A DNA stretch of 63,072 nucleotides, the filler included, from Chiloscyllium plagiosum (taxonomy: Eukaryota): the NCBI RefSeq assembly GCF_004010195.1. It is 3 parts of one record of this genome, joined end to end, with 100 filler letters (N's around TTAATTAATTAA, not from the genome) between each part and the next. Parts side by side here need not be neighbours in the genome. Positions count along the whole stretch, not along the records: positions 1 to 25,566 come from NC_057712.1; 2 more parts are not named here. One strand, given 5' to 3'. Both the position numbers and the translations under genes were made by a program. Below, piece by piece: positions 1 through 13,809 of this stretch (position 1 is the stretch's first letter; every line of letters starts with the position of its first letter). The notes below the pieces were generated by a model. It made no database searches and had not been told where the DNA came from. It saw nothing but the letters and a program-made list of their open reading frames with translations.

Positions 1-597
1 CAATAAGCTTCTATCTGCAATTTGAGAGGGAGAGGGTACAGTCGGAAGTGACAGCATTTCTGTTGAATAAAGGGAATTATGGAGCTATGAGGGAGGAGCT
101 GGCCAAAGTTCAATTGTGCAATACCTTAGCAGGGATGACCGTGGAGGAACAATGGCGGATATTTCTGTGTATAATGCAGAAGTTGCAGGATCAGTTCATT
201 CCTAAAAGGAAGAAAGATCCCAGGAGGAGGCATGGGCGGCCGTGGCTGACGAGGGAAGTTAAGAAACATATAAAGTTAAAAGAGAAAAGGGAGAACATAG
301 CAAAGATAATTAGGAAAACTGAGGACTGGGAAGCTTTTAAAGAGCAACAGAGGATTACTAAGAAGGAAATACGCAGAGGAAAAATGAGATATGAAGGTTA
401 ACTGGCCAATAATGAGTGGTGGGGGCATGGAATGCGCTGTCTGTGGGAGTGGTAGAGTCAGAATCATTGGTGACCTTTAAGTGGCAATTGGATAGGTACA
501 TGGATGGGTGCTTAAGCTAGGACAAATGTTCGGCACAACATCGTGGGCCGAAGGGCCTGTTCTGTGCTGTATTGTTCTATGTTCTATGTTCTATGTT
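1..597 (+). mobile_element. CR1-type LINE fragment with internal deletion and (TTCTATG)n tail
   Basis: ORF 48-401 resembles the CR1 ORF2 EN-RT linker (NKGNY...FIPKRKK...PWLTREVK...EDWEAFK). At about 412 it jumps to the ORF2 C-terminus and 3' UTR (gggccgaagggcctgttctgtgctgta). Confidence 0.85.
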
Positions 598-599
598 GT

Positions 600-1090
600 T
601 AAAGCCCTGGAGAGTGTTCAAAGGAAATTTACTAGAATGATACCAGGAAAGAAGAATTTTAGATATAAGGAAGGATTTAGAGAAAGTTGGCATATTCTTC
701 TTGGAGCAGAGAAGATTGAGAGGTGACCTTATTGAGATGTTCAAAATAATAAACAATTTTGATGAGGTAAACAAGGATATCTGTTTCCACTAGTTGGTAT
801 GTCAGTAACTAGGGGTCACAATTTCAAGATTTTCAGCAAGAGAGTTAGGAGTGAAATTAGGAGAAACTCGTTTACTCAGAGAGCTGTTAGGATTTGGAAT
901 GCGCTGCCTGGGAGGTGAATTGCATAGGACGTTTCAAGAGAGAGCTGGATATATATTTGAAAGTGATAAAAGAGCTTCAGAGATAGGACTGGAGAATGGA
1001 ACCAGATGGGTGACACTTTTGGGATCCAGTACAGAGATGATGCATCGAATGGCATCCTCCTATCCTGTAAAATTCTGTGATTCTGTTTCT
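600..1090 (+). mobile_element. Older CR1-type LINE 3' fragment
   Basis: Degenerate LESVQRKFTRMIPG, RGDLIEMFKI and WNALP motifs, followed by a tail. Confidence 0.75.
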
Positions 1091-1249
1091 AAACCATGTT
1101 GAGGTATTGGAGCAAATACAGGGAAGAGCTAAATGGCTGATCCCAAAGCCTAAGGGAATGATGTAGAAGCAAAGCTGACTACTTTGGGTTAGTTCTCTTA
1201 TCAAGAGAAGACTGAGAGGGGATAGGATAGTGAAATTCTGCTGCAGCAT

Positions 1250-1865
1250 TGGAAAAGAATGTTGGCCTTTTATTGCTAGGGGGTTGGAGTTTAGAAATAG
1301 GGAAGTTTTTTGTCATAACTGTAGAGGGTGTTAGTGAGGCTGCACCCTGAGCAATGTGTATAGTTTTGGTCTAGTATTTAAGAAAGGATATACTGGCATT
1401 AAAGACAGTCAAAAGAAATTCAGTAGATTGACATTTCAAGAATAGATAAATAGGTTTGACATTTATTTGTTGGAGTTTAGAAGAATCTTACTGAGACATG
1501 AGATTCTAAAGTGGGTTTGACAGGATAGGTATTGAGATGGTTGCACAAGTGAGGAAGTTTTGAACTAAGGGGCATACTTACAGGATAAGATGACACTAGT
1601 TTAAAACCAAGATGGTAAAGAATTTCTTCTGAGGTAGAATGAATGTCTGAAATTCTCTACCCCAGAGAGTTGCAGAGGCGATGTCACTACAAGTATTTAA
1701 AGAGGAGGCGGATAGATATTTGAAACATGATGGGCTGAGGGCTATGAGGAGTTGGCACGTGAGGAGTTGTGGCCTGGGGCAGGTCAGCTACGTCTTTTGA
1801 ATGGTGGAACAGACTTGAGGGGCTGTGCGGTCTACTCAATCCATTATTTCTTATGTTTCTTATGA
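1250..1865 (+). mobile_element. Degenerate CR1-type LINE 3' fragment
   Basis: Remnants of MLAFIARGLEFR, LYRVLVRLH and NSLPQRV, with a (ttcttatg) tail. Confidence 0.7.
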
Positions 1866-2033
1866 TGTAATATTTAAATGGTAAGAGGAGTTGGCACGTG
1901 AGGAGTTGTGGCCTGGGGCAGGTCAGCTACGTCTTTTGAATGGTGGAACAGACTTGAGGGGCTGTGCGGTCTACTCAATCCATTATTCTTATGTTTCTTA
2001 TGTTTCTTATGATGTAATATTTAAATGGTAAGA
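1746..2033. repeat. Near-perfect tandem duplication, period 139 bp
   Basis: The block gaggagttggcacgtg...atttaaatggtaaga starts at both 1746 and 1885. The copies differ only in the ttcttatg tail region. Confidence 0.95.
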
Positions 2034-3419
2034 ACCGATAGAATCTCAAAATTTATATTGATGTTTACAACCAATAATTTCTTAAAGACAGACCATATGT
2101 GCCAAACCCTGAAGTTTGTTTTTTTTTGTATCAAGCTGCAAATATTTCCTAATGCAATACTTATGAGCAAAACATTCCTTTTAGAAAGTTCAACAAAGCA
2201 GGGAGCTATTGTCAATGGATAGATTGTCATTTATAGATGAATTTAATTTGAACCAGTCTCATAAAAGCATATGGTTTGCTCTTGTAAAATGTTTTTTATG
2301 GCAAACCTTGCCAAACTACTATGGCCTCAATGACTACTTGAACAGTCAATTAAAACTTCTGGCCAACAGCTCCCTCTCTCCTATTTTCACTTATGTGTAT
2401 TCTTCAGTCTGAAAGGAAATTACTTCAAGACAAAACCCAATAAATTTTCAGTGTGAGGGGAGCCTTGTTTTCAGTTATAGGATATTCTAGAATAGCTAAA
2501 AAATGTGGGAACATTCCATTCTCACCAATGGATTGCAGTTGCCTGCTCTTGGGACATATATAAATGCAATAGCAATGGAAAGTTCACTGCAAACCATACT
2601 TTCAGACATAAATAACCTTATAAGGCACAGGGAAAATAAAGCTGCGAAACCCTTCAGATTTCCACTCTGGATCCTTATGGAATAGAAAATATGGGTATTG
2701 GTGCTAAAAAAAACAGCTGTACTTATAGAAATCAAATCCAACCCGAGATCAAAATCGTATTTCAATGTTTAATTGTCCATCTATGGTAATTTTTAAAGAT
2801 TACACATTTTGAGTACAAACATATTGTGTAATTGGTTCAATTATTTGGCTAGCTCACAGATTTTGAATTTTGGTGGAAATGACATAAATTTAGAGCACCT
2901 TAGATCTTTAGCAGATTTCAAAATATTTTACAACCAAGTGAGTACCTTTAACTTGTAGAAAGCTTTCTATATAGGTAACAATGGCAGTTAATTTAAACAT
3001 TAATTTGCCTCAAATCAGCAAAAAGAATGAATGGTGAATTAATCTGTTTTTAGTGGTGTTCAAGTAGTGAGTTTTTAGTAGTGAGGAAAGAATGTTGCTT
3101 TGAGACAAGAAACTCAAAATTGATTGTCAAAGTGTCAAACACTAAGACACGAAATGGGCAATTACACCTACAATGCAGTGGACCAGAAACACATGTTCAC
3201 AAAGAATTGCATTGACAGCCATATTTGTAGTGACAGAAAAGAAGCTGCCTGGGATCACATCTGAAAGAGATGTTAAGAATTTTGCCTATTTAAATAAGGT
3301 GTCAACACTGGCTTGAGACTGGAATATTTGGGTTACCCAAAATGCAGCCATGATTGGGATGGCTGTACTTTCAGCAAACAAGACAATGTGCATACCCCGA
3401 ATGATCTGGCATGTTTAAA

Positions 3420-4080
3420 TATAAGACCACTGAGCCCAACAGGTCTGCTCTGCTACTCAATGAGACAGTGGTTAATCTAATACTCCTCAACTCTACTTCC
3501 CTGTCTTATTCCCATAACTCTTGATTCCCTTACTGATCAAAAATCTATTACAGTCTTGAGTATACTTAATGACTTACTCTCTACAACATTCAATGGTGAA
3601 AAGACTACACAGATTCACTGTTCTGGGAGAAAAAAATTCTTTTCATCAGTCATAAATGGTTGGACACTTATTCTAAGACTTAGACCCTTTGGCCTTAGAA
3701 TCTCCCATTAGGAGTAACAATGTCTCAGCATCTACCCTGTCATGCTCCTAAGAGTCTTGTATGTTTCAACAAGATTGTCTCTCACTCTTCTAAACTCCAA
3801 TGAGCACAGGCCCAACCCTACTCAACTTATCCTCATAAGAAAATTCCTCCATACCTGGAATGAGCCTACTGAATGTCCTCCTGACTCCCACCAAGCCCAG
3901 TATATCTTTCCTTACATAAACCGACTAAAGCTGTTCACAGTGTGTTCTGCCTTGTATAATTTTAGCAAGATGTCCTGATTTTTATGTTCCATTCTCTGTG
4001 AAATAAAGACCAACAATATATTTGACTCTCTTACTCCCTGTTGAACACAGACGTAATCTTTTTTGTGATTTTGTGCAATT
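3420..4080 (-). mobile_element. Degenerate CR1-type LINE 3' fragment
   Basis: Reverse complement of the 3' UTR and ORF2 C-terminal motifs seen in other copies. Confidence 0.65.
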
Positions 4081-6224
4081 TAAATATTGTGTATAAAATA
4101 TAATGATTGAAAGCAGAGCTGGAAGGTACAGGAATGCTGATCCTTTCTCCAAATGCAAACCTTATGGACTTTTGCTGGCCACCGTGCTGAGAAGCATGCA
4201 TGTACAAACCACCACATGGTGGGGCTGGGGGGAGCGCAGGAGAAAGTTACCCTATTTTGCTGTCTTTCCAATCACCACCTGTGCAGAGACATCAGTTTAC
4301 AAAAACCCAGTGCCATTTTTCACTCGTGTTTCATCTGCTCCAGGTCTAACAAAGTATGGTTACTGCCACATTGCCCCGAAAACTTTATTCTTTTTGTACT
4401 ACCATCCGTCCCTTGGAATCAATTGTGCAGAAAATCACTTTGGACCACAAATCCATCAGACATTGCTTGCAACGTCTTGATAAAAGAGATAGCGGATATG
4501 TTGAATAGATTGCATCGATGTCATTAACTTTTAAACAAGCATCAAGACATAAGTTGGCTGCTGGTGCGTAAGGCTCTCTCTATCAAATCCTTTCTGCGTG
4601 TCTGCAGTTCCATAGCCTCAACACATTGCTGTTAAGGCATTGCATTCGGCTTGACTATTTGAGAAGCTTATAGAAAGCACGCTTACATTTAATACATAAT
4701 TAAGGCCTCTCAAAAATTACTTCAGACAAAAGAGAAGTGGGATGATTTCAGGAATATACAGTTCACAGAGAACCCACAAAAATAGTGAGTCCATTAGAAA
4801 CATAGAATATAAGAGCAGGATTGGGCTATTTGATGTTTCAAGTCTGCTCTGCCATTCCATATGATCTCGGCTGGTCATCCAATTCAGTATCCTGTTCCTG
4901 CTTTCTCCCCAGATCTTTTGATCCCTTTAGAATTAAACAGTACATGGGAGTGTTGCAGCAATTGATTTGTACATATAAAAGTGGCCACACAAACCAACCA
5001 ACTAGTTCTTGACCAATTCATTGAATTCAAGTCCATGAAGTAGGGAAAGTCTATGCATAGTGTAGGATGATTTAACCTTGGAAAATGCAACCTTGGATAA
5101 GTGTAAGAAAATGTCAAAACTTAGCCAGTCCAAATCAAATCTGCCATGTTAGTTTAAAAGAAATGACACTGAAATGCACTCTCAGACCCTAGTTTGCACA
5201 CAGCTTACTCAACCGGTTCATGCACAAACTTTGTGGATAAATGGATATCATCAGTCTCATCAGCAAATGCCCCATTGTGGGCAGAATCCATAAAAACCTT
5301 GCCCACATTATGGGGTATCTCTGGGCAGTTTCTCATCAATATTGATGGGAAGGTCCCTACATTTAATGGCAAACATTACAGGGGTGTTTACAGCTATCAC
5401 TCTTCAAGATTACAATGACTTAATTACTTATTTCTTGGCAATAATGGTAATTCCAGTATGCTACAAAAACATAACCCTCAACAAGTTAATGTTTCATTTG
5501 GAAGTTTTAGGTGGATGGACCGTTTCACTATGCTTGAATTCAAATTGAAAGACACCACCGAATATGCATTCAGATAATTATATGCATAAATATGACACAC
5601 TACACATGCTGGTATCCTTCTTTATTTACTGAATTAAGGAGTTCAAGTGATACTATTATACTCCTATATAGACTTATCAATTCCCCTAGTTTTGCAAAAT
5701 TTGAAATGATTGCTGTTGGCAGGTGTAAACTGGAGCTGAAATGACAAGAAGCATTGAGCAAATTGATGTATCACCTTGGACTTCAAATCTATTCATTGAA
5801 CACTGCACAAATGATGAAGCTACAAACATATACCTGAGTGGGAGCTGGCCATTCAGCCCCTCGAATCACTGTAACAGAACCTCCAATAACAAGGGGCAAT
5901 GCTGAAAGTGGGACTGAACAACAGAGCTTGAGCAAGTATGTCAGGATCTCCACTAGTAGGTGGCAATGATGAGCAGGCAGCTGCAGCAGTCAAATGTGCC
6001 CTCTTTGGGGGTGAAAATATGTATGTTTTAGGAAAAGAGGGCTCGTGGGAAGAAGGACCAGGGAGATGAAGGACGCTGCAATCCAATGTAGATCACAAAC
6101 TTCATTCCGTGTGAATATTTCCTTGCTCAATCTTTGTTTCCCTTCATGTTTATAATTATCTTATAACAGTGGAATGCCTACTTCATGATCTTTGGGCTAT
6201 CCATGTGTTCAACTTTCATTTTAT

Positions 6225-6640
6225 AGAAAAAGTAGACCGTTCAGCCTCTTGTGTATTATCCACTATTCAATGAGATCGTGGCTGATCTAATTGTCATCTC
6301 AAACCTGCATTCCTGTCACCCTCAACAAACATCTATCCACCTCTGCCTTAGAGATATTCAAGGACTCTGCTTCCATCGCATTTTCGAGAGATGGGTTCCA
6401 AAGACTCACAGCCCTCATAGAAAAGATGTATTGCCTGGTACCCCCAAAATGTTTACATCCCTCTTTGAATATGCTGACCAATATTGTGTACAGATGTGGT
6501 CTCTGCAGTGCCTTTATAGTTTAACATAACCTCCCTACTCTCGTTTTCAATTTTTCTTGCATTAAATGATAACATTTTATGAGCTTTCCTAATTGCCTCT
6601 CATACCTGTACAACTTTTGTGACTCAAACACAAGCAACCC
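6225..6640 (-). mobile_element. Degenerate CR1-type LINE 3' fragment
   Basis: ORF 6299-6481 reads FSMRAVSLWNPS...SLNISKAEVDRCL, typical of the CR1 ORF2 C-terminus. Confidence 0.7.
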
Positions 6641-7132
6641 AGGCCTTCTGGCTTAGGGGTAAGAATACTACCACCACAACACAAGTGCCCACTATGAGTG
6701 AATGCTAATGATAACTAATGATTATATTCAGCTTTGTTCCCTCTATAGAGAGGGACATCAGCGATCAATGATAGACAAGACTGAAGGAACCATCTTCTGG
6801 AATGCACCATAAGTGCTAACCTTAGTTGATAGGTGTATTTCATTACTGAAGGATATCCTTTGTGATTAACAAAAGCTGCAACAAAACTAAGGCTTTGGTG
6901 TACAAGTGATATCTGAAGATAGCTCCATCACACACTGAGCTTTGTGAAGATTGCAAAGTCATAAAATGATATTGAAAGTTCTTGGATTATAGGAAGTGAA
7001 TACCTGTCTGGAATGATAGCTTTGCCAACTGCCTAGACGTTGATGTGAAAGTAACTCCTTTACTCAAGAAGGGAGGGATACAACAAGTCAGAAACTACAG
7101 GCTCCATCTGCCACTGAGAAGGATGTAAAACT

Positions 7133-8345
7133 TAGAACATAGAACATAGAACCATACAGCGCAGAACAGGCCCTTCGGCCCTTGATGTTGCGCCGACCTG
7201 TGAACTATTCTCAGCTCATCCCTCTACACTATGCCAAAATCATCCATGTGCTTATCTAAGGATTGTTTAAATCTCCCTAATGTGGCTGAGTTGACTACAT
7301 TAGCAGGTAGGGCATTCCACGCCCTTACCACTCTCTGTATAAAGAACCTGCCTCTGACATCTGTCTTAAATCTATCACCCCTCAATTTGTAGTTGTGCCC
7401 TCTCATATAAGCTNNNNNNNNNNNNNNNNNNNNNNNNNNNNNNNNNNNNNNNNNNNNNNNNNNNNNNNNNNNNNNNNNNNNNNNNNNNNNNNNNNNNNNN
7501 NNNNNNNNNNNNNNNNNNNNNNNNNNNNNNNNNNNNNNNNNNNNNNNNNNNNNNNNNNNNNNNNNNNNNNNNNNNNNNNNNNNNNNNNNNNNNNNNNNNN
7601 NNNNNNNNNNNNNNNNNNNNNNNNNNNNNNNNNNNNNNNNNNNNNNNNNNNNNNNNNNNNNNNNNNNNNNNNNNNNNNNNNNNNNNNNNNNNNNNNNNNN
7701 NNNNNNNNNNNNNNNNNNNNNNNNNNNNNNNNNNNNNACTCCACCGACTTTAGTGTCATCTGCAAACTTACTAACCCATCCACCTGTGCCTGTGTCTAAG
7801 TCCTTTATAAAAATGACAAACAGCAGTGGTCCCAAAACAGATCCTTGTGGCACACCACTCGTAACCGGATTCCAGGCTGAATATTTTCCATCAACCACCA
7901 CTCGCTGCCTTCTTCCAGAAAGCCGGTTTCTAATCCAAACTGCTAAATCACCCTCAATCCCATGCCTCTGCATTTTCTCCATCAGCCTACCATGTGGAAC
8001 CTTATCAAAGGCTTTACTGAAGTCCATGTATACCACGGCACTGCCCTATGTATACCACGGCACTGCCCTACCTTCATCTACATGCTTGGTCACCTTCTCA
8101 AAAAACTCAATGAGGTTTGTGAGACACGACCTGCCCTTGACGAAACCATGTTGTCTATCTGAAATCAAATTTTGCTTGCTAGATGATTATAAATCTTAGC
8201 TCTTATAATCCTTTCCAAAACCTTTCTCACTACAGAAGTAAGGCTCACTGGTCTATAATTACCTGGGTCATTTCTGCTGCCCTTCTTAAACAATGGCACA
8301 ATATTTGCAATCCTCCAGTCATCAGGTACTAAACCCGTAGACAAT
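7133..8345 (-). mobile_element. Relatively young CR1-type LINE (RT domain to 3' tail), interrupted by an N gap
   Basis: ORF 7224-8036 has [34 protein letters not shown] and RGHNYKL...WNALP, with an (agaacat)n tail at 7133. A 22-bp tandem duplication lies at 8026-8069. Confidence 0.93.
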
Positions 8346-8349
8346 GTTA

Positions 8350-8815
8350 CAAGCTATTATTATACACATTATGGGCATTTAGATAAGATCAAGGTAATCA
8401 GGATGAGTCCACATGGTTTTGTGAGTGTTAAATCATGTTTGACCAATCTATTGGAGTTGCTTGTGAAGGGAGCATGTGTGGTCAATTAAGGGGAATCTGT
8501 GAACTTATTGTCCTCAGATTTCTAGAAGGCATTTGACAAGATGTCACATCAAAAGTTATTGCGGATAGTAAAAGCTCATGATATAGGAAATAGCTAATAG
8601 GCCTAAATGCAAGATTGGCTGGCTAACAAGAAGCAAAGGCATAAAGGTATATTTTTGGTTTGGCAAGCTGTGCCACAGGGCTCAGTGCTTGGACTTCAAC
8701 TGTTGACAATTTATATAAATGACTTAGATGAACAGATGGAGGAAATGTTTGCCAAAATTTGCTGAAAATATGAGGGTAGGCATGAAAACTGTGAAAGGGA
8801 TATAGAGTACAACTA
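8350..8815 (+). mobile_element. Older CR1-type RT fragment, probably the host of the 7133-8345 insertion
   Basis: Remnants of HGFV..KSCLTNLLE, DF.KAFDK and VPQGSVLG. Its upstream part (VTPLLKKG, NYR) lies at about 7030-7110. Confidence 0.7.
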
Positions 8816-8849
8816 AAAGATGATGAGAGACTGTGTATATCCCTGAGAT

Positions 8850-8956
8850 GCACACAAGAAGAACATGCAAACTCCACCCATACAGTCACCCAAAGCTGGA
8901 ATTGAACCTGGGTCTGTGGTGCGGTGAGGCAGCAGTGCTAACCACTGTGCCACCCC
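8850..8956 (-). mobile_element. HE1-type tRNA-derived SINE, 5' part
   Basis: The minus strand reads ggggtggcacagtggttagcactgctgcctcac...ggttcaattcc (Pol III A/B boxes), then gtggagtttgcatgttct. Confidence 0.85.
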
Positions 8957-10072
8957 ATTGATTAGCTTAGTACTAATAAATGTTAGATAGCAATGATTTT
9001 TCTGTTTTGTTTAAAATTAATGTATTATGCAGATATTTTTGTTACATCTTCACATTGAACAGTGCCGACTACATACTGATCCAGTTATGTAAAAGATAAT
9101 GATATCTTCTAAATCCTGTTGATTGTTTAATATCTGCCCTGCCTTCTATTTTTGTATTATCTGCAAACGTGGAGCTAAAAACATATATTTAATGTAGTGA
9201 AAATTCATTCTAAAGTATCATTGTTTTGGTTGTTTCTTCTTCCTTTTCCAGGCATTAACACGAGCTGCTTTTGCAATACACCACTGAGAGGACATATTTC
9301 CGATTTCATGTATACATGTGCACATCATCCACAGTATTTTGAACTTGATGCCACTTGAATAATTTACAATGAGGAGAGGAAATCAGCACTAAATCATGAC
9401 AGTGCTTTGTAATGACAGTTTGGAACTAGAGATCATTCTGTAAAATTAGACATATTAAACTGAACAAATGTGGAAGCAGCTATGGGAATGGAAACTTCAC
9501 ATCTAGTGGTTTTGTAAAATGTAGTCCACCTAACAAGTGTACTTTTGACCCAGTTTATTTTGGCAAATTTGGTGTTTTGCAGAATAGAAACAAACACATC
9601 CATTCATTTGGTCAAAGCTAAACTCACACCAAGAATGCACCTGAGTAGTCTTAAGATATTGATCACAGCTACTTTTCAGTAGTTGCACCTGGATAATTTG
9701 CTAAACAATGTATTTTTTCACTTTTAAACTATAATTATATCCTTTTAGAAAATTGGACTAATGGTTGGCTCCCTCTATGAAGTACATTTTCTTTTTTTAA
9801 AAAAATACAAATTTTCAGAAAGCTACATCTGACTATGACACCCTGATGTTGAAAGTGTCACTGATATGGTGTTTTTTCTCTGCAAAATGTTCATACTTTG
9901 GGATTCAAATTCCAGCCAGCATCAAGGGATTTTCAGCACTTCTCTGTGGGCCTTTGAAAAAATCAATGCCAAATGTGCAGTATTGTACAGGATCTCACAA
10001 ATAATAATGTCTGATGTTTTATTTAACTAAAGGTATCTTTATTGTATTTCACAGGTCCTGCTTTGATCTTAC

Positions 10073-10219
10073 CTATTTTTGGTAGCACTTTGTCTTTCTT
10101 GATCTGAGAGTGGAGGTTTGCTTTTTGTGCCAGGAAAGACCAATCACATGGATTCTGACAGATAATGTGAGACCTGCAGTGATCTCTGACAGAGACTGTT
10201 CTTTTCAAGGAAGCCATAT
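10073..10219 (-). other. Candidate symmetric exon (147 nt) of an unidentified transcript
   Basis: Acceptor ttttctgttacag|AT and donor ATAG|gtaaga enclose the open frame (D)MASLKRTVSVRDHCRSHIICQNPCDWSFLAQKANLHSQIKKDKVLPKI. No homology recognised. Confidence 0.4.
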
Positions 10220-10796
10220 CTGTAACAGAAAATATGTTTATGTTTATGGGATAATTGTCCAATTCTGCTCCAAATGGATGAAAAATTTTGCACAGGAAAT
10301 AGCTGCATTTGTAGGAAGCAGTGCCAGCAGAAGAGGGTCCTGGCAGCTGCAACCAGGAGGAAAATGACCCTTTTGATGAAATTATTTGATTCGAAAAATT
10401 TATTCTGGATCTGTCAAGAAATTATATGTGCCAACTCTGATAGCAAAATGGACAAGTATATGATGTTGTGGGACATAATAACATCTGGAACATAGGCCTC
10501 AACAGCAGGAGTAGGCCAACCAGAACTTTGAGCCAGCTCCATCATTCAAGATCCTGGCTAATCTAACTTAGACCTCTGCTCCCTGATTCCCTTGTCTAAC
10601 AAAAATCTCTTGAACTCAAGCCTTGAATAAATTTAAAGACATAGCATCCACTACCTTCTGGAGGCAAAAATTTTACCTTCTAATGACACTTTGAGAGAAA
10701 TGACTTCTTGTCAGAAGTGTCTTAAAAGGGATACTTCTTATCCTTAAGTTAGATCTCTTAGGCTCCTTTATAAGCAGGAACATCCTCTCATTGTTT

Positions 10797-11152
10797 TCTT
10801 AATTCATTCATGGGATGTGGGTGTCACTGGCTAGGTCAGCGTTTATTGCCCATCCCTAATTCCCCGGAGGTTAGTTTAAGACTCAACCATATTGCTATGG
10901 GTCTGGGGTAACATTTAGGCCAGACCAGGTAAGGCTGGCAGTTTCCTACTCTAAAGGACATTACTTAACCAGATGGACTTTTCCCAACAATTGACGATGG
11001 ATTCATGGTCATCATTAGATTCTTAATTCCATATTTTTTTAATTGAATTCAAATTCGACCATCTGTTGTGATGCAATTAGAACCTGGGTCTCCAGGACAT
11101 TATGTAGGTCTCAGGATTAATAATTTAGTAATAATACCACTAGGCCATCACG
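10797..11152 (-). mobile_element. SacSINE1-like Deu-domain SINE
   Basis: tRNA-like head (gatggcctagtggt...ggttctaatt), Deu-like core (aatgtcctttag..ggaaactgccagccttacctggtctggcct) and LINE-derived tail (gggatgggcaataaacgctg...catcccatgaatgaat). Confidence 0.7.
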
Positions 11153-12679
11153 TCCCCAGTCCTTCTCTATCCTATATAAACCCTACAACAACTTAGACGT
11201 TTCTGTGCAATGGCTATGATTGCTACCTTTGCTGTGTACTTCTAGAAGTCAGTGTCACACTTGGACCTTGGAGGCTCACACAGCCAGAAAGAAAATTAGG
11301 GAAAATGCTGACTCCCCTCCCCCCCCCTCCACCTCCACTGTCTTCTCAGGAAGAGCACTAAAGTTGCAGGGTGATAAGAGGGAAACAAAATCCCCATTTT
11401 TCTTTGCTAAAACGGCAATCCTAATTTTCAAACAGTGTCCCCAAACTCACCCCCAAGAGAAAACATCCTTTCCATGTCCATCTTGGCAAGTTCATTCATG
11501 ATCTTTTATACTTCAATCAAATCACTGTTCACTGTTCTGAACTCCAGCAAAAACAAGCCCAAGTCTGTCCAAACTTTCCTCCTAATACAACCCGCTTAAT
11601 CCAGGTATAATTTAGTATGAGCAAATAGCTTGAAGAGGAGTAAGGTGGAAAAGAACATTTGTTGTCTATAGCAAGATAAATGTCCCAGATTTAGACCTAA
11701 ACTTCCAAATTCAACATTAGGGTAAACAGTTTTATCCTTGTGAGTGAATACGAATTGTTTTTCCATTTTCTACTCATGATTTTGAGCATTATATTAAGGA
11801 CTAATGATTCTTTCTGTGGTCAACTATTCAAAGTCCAGAATGTCCTAGTAGTTTTTTTTTCTGGGATATAAAAAGAGCTATTCTGTTAATGTCTGACAGT
11901 TAAATGAAAATCTAAAAAGAGCAATATATCAATTTGATACTGTTAAAGAGTCACACGTTGAAGAACAGTGTATTCTACCAGTGTTCTGAGTAATGTTTAT
12001 TTCTAAACCAACACGAGTATAAGAAAACATTACTTAATTGTTTTGGTCCCCGCTGATTGTGGGAACTTGCTGTGTGCAAACACACTGCAGTATTCATCTA
12101 GATTTATGTAAAAAAATGACTGCACTACAGAAGTATTTAATCAGTTTGGAGTTATTTGTGGGGGGATTTTGGGGTAAGGAAAGTTATTTAGTCATCAAGT
12201 TCTTCCTTAAATAATTAAATTGGTTTTTGACATTGGAAAAAGTAAACCAATTCTTTCAGTATGGTATTTTCCAAACATTAAGATTTTCTATTTAGTATTT
12301 GTTTTAACCTCATGTTGGAAAAGTTTTAAAACTGGAAATATCTCAACTGCACAGTAAGTTGATCAACATCTAAAAGAGGAGAAAGGCATGTTAATGGCTT
12401 GGATTTACATCAGCAGAGCAGAATCTCAGTGAGTTCGAGACCATATTAAATAACAGAACCGGAGGAACTCTATCAGTCCAACATCCTTGTTCTGACTCTC
12501 TTAAAGAGTTACCTGCTGAATTCCCTTACCTTGCCTGTTCTCTTGCCTTTCACTCCACTTTTACCCAAACGTTTATTCAATTTCACTTTAATAGTTGCAA
12601 CATTGTTCTTGCTAGATTACTTCAAATCTGTTTTTGTAAAAGTATATTCCGGCTTGAGTAGTGGTCTTAAATGTATGTC

Positions 12680-13010
12680 CTCAGTTGATGGAGCAGAAGG
12701 TAGGAGGAGAGGCAGGGCAATTCCGACCCTCAAACCTGCTCTGCTCCTTAGTGCAATCATAGCTGATCTCATCTTGGCCTCAACTCCACTTTCCTGCCCA
12801 CCCTGCACAATCCATTTCTAATGAAAGATGTGTATATCTACTCCTTTACCTAATGTCCAGCGTCCACCATACTCTAGGGGTAAAGAATTCCACAAATTCA
12901 TAACCCTTTGAGAGAATTTTTAATTTCTCCACACTTCTGATTTAATCTGCTATTCCTTATCATAAAACTATGGCTCCTCGTTCTAGATTTCCTCACATGA
13001 GCAAGCATCT
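12680..13010 (-). mobile_element. Degenerate CR1-type LINE 3' end
   Basis: 3' UTR motif gatcagctatgattgc plus a WNSLP-type C-terminus on the minus strand. Confidence 0.6.
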
Positions 13011-13809
13011 TTTTATGTTGTTATTCCCATAAAGCACTTTAAGTTCAATTTATAGCAAATGAAGAACAAAGCAGAGAAGAGTGGAGTGACACATGTATAT
13101 GTGTGTAATTCACTGAAAATGGCAAAACAGGTGGAGAAAGAAGTTAATATCTAGGGCTTTATTAAGAGAGTACAAAAACAAGGAGGTTACACTGAATTGA
13201 TACAAGCCACTCATTAGACCTGAGCTGGAGTATAACATTGAAGAGGGTGCAGAAGAAGTTTGTAAAAATGATTTCAGTGATGTGAAACTTATGAGGTTAT
13301 GAAGGTTATGAGGATAGATTTGAGAGGTTGAGACTGCTCACGTTAGAAAGACAGGGGCCCAGAGGAGCTCTTAAATAAGTTTTCAAAATCTTAAAAAGTT
13401 TGCATAAAATAAATGGGGAGGAGCTCTTCACATTTTTTATAGAGAGCTGAGTCCACAGTTTTTTCATCCCACAACAATTCTGATTGTGAGGAGCCACACT
13501 AGATTCGAATAGTGCTGTCATATAACAAAGATTCAGGTCTCCTTAATTTATTCTTGACAAAATGAATACCGAACAAAATGCAGCATCTGCAGTCCTCACT
13601 TTCTCCTTGAAAATGAATACCCAATCAACTTTCACAGCCTAAACCACAATGCAGAAGCCCTCAATCAAGCTTTACGGCTGCAGCTTTAACATGAGCCAGA
13701 GTGCGGCTCTGGGAGTGACAATGGACAACGATGGTGAGCGGCTGAGCCAGTGCCACACGATCGCTTTTAAAATAAAAAACACTGCAAAGTAGGGAAAGGC
13801 AATGTGCAA

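Noticed and set aside
4542..4628. Possible terminal exon QCVEAMELQTRRKDLIERALRTSSQLMS* on the minus strand
   Set aside because: Weak pyrimidine tract, phase incompatible with the 10073 donor, and no recognised homology.
5835..6160. Minus-strand frame with one TGA, ending at CAG|gtatat
   Set aside because: The end overlaps a LINE 3' UTR motif (gaggggctgaatggcc), and there is no clear acceptor.
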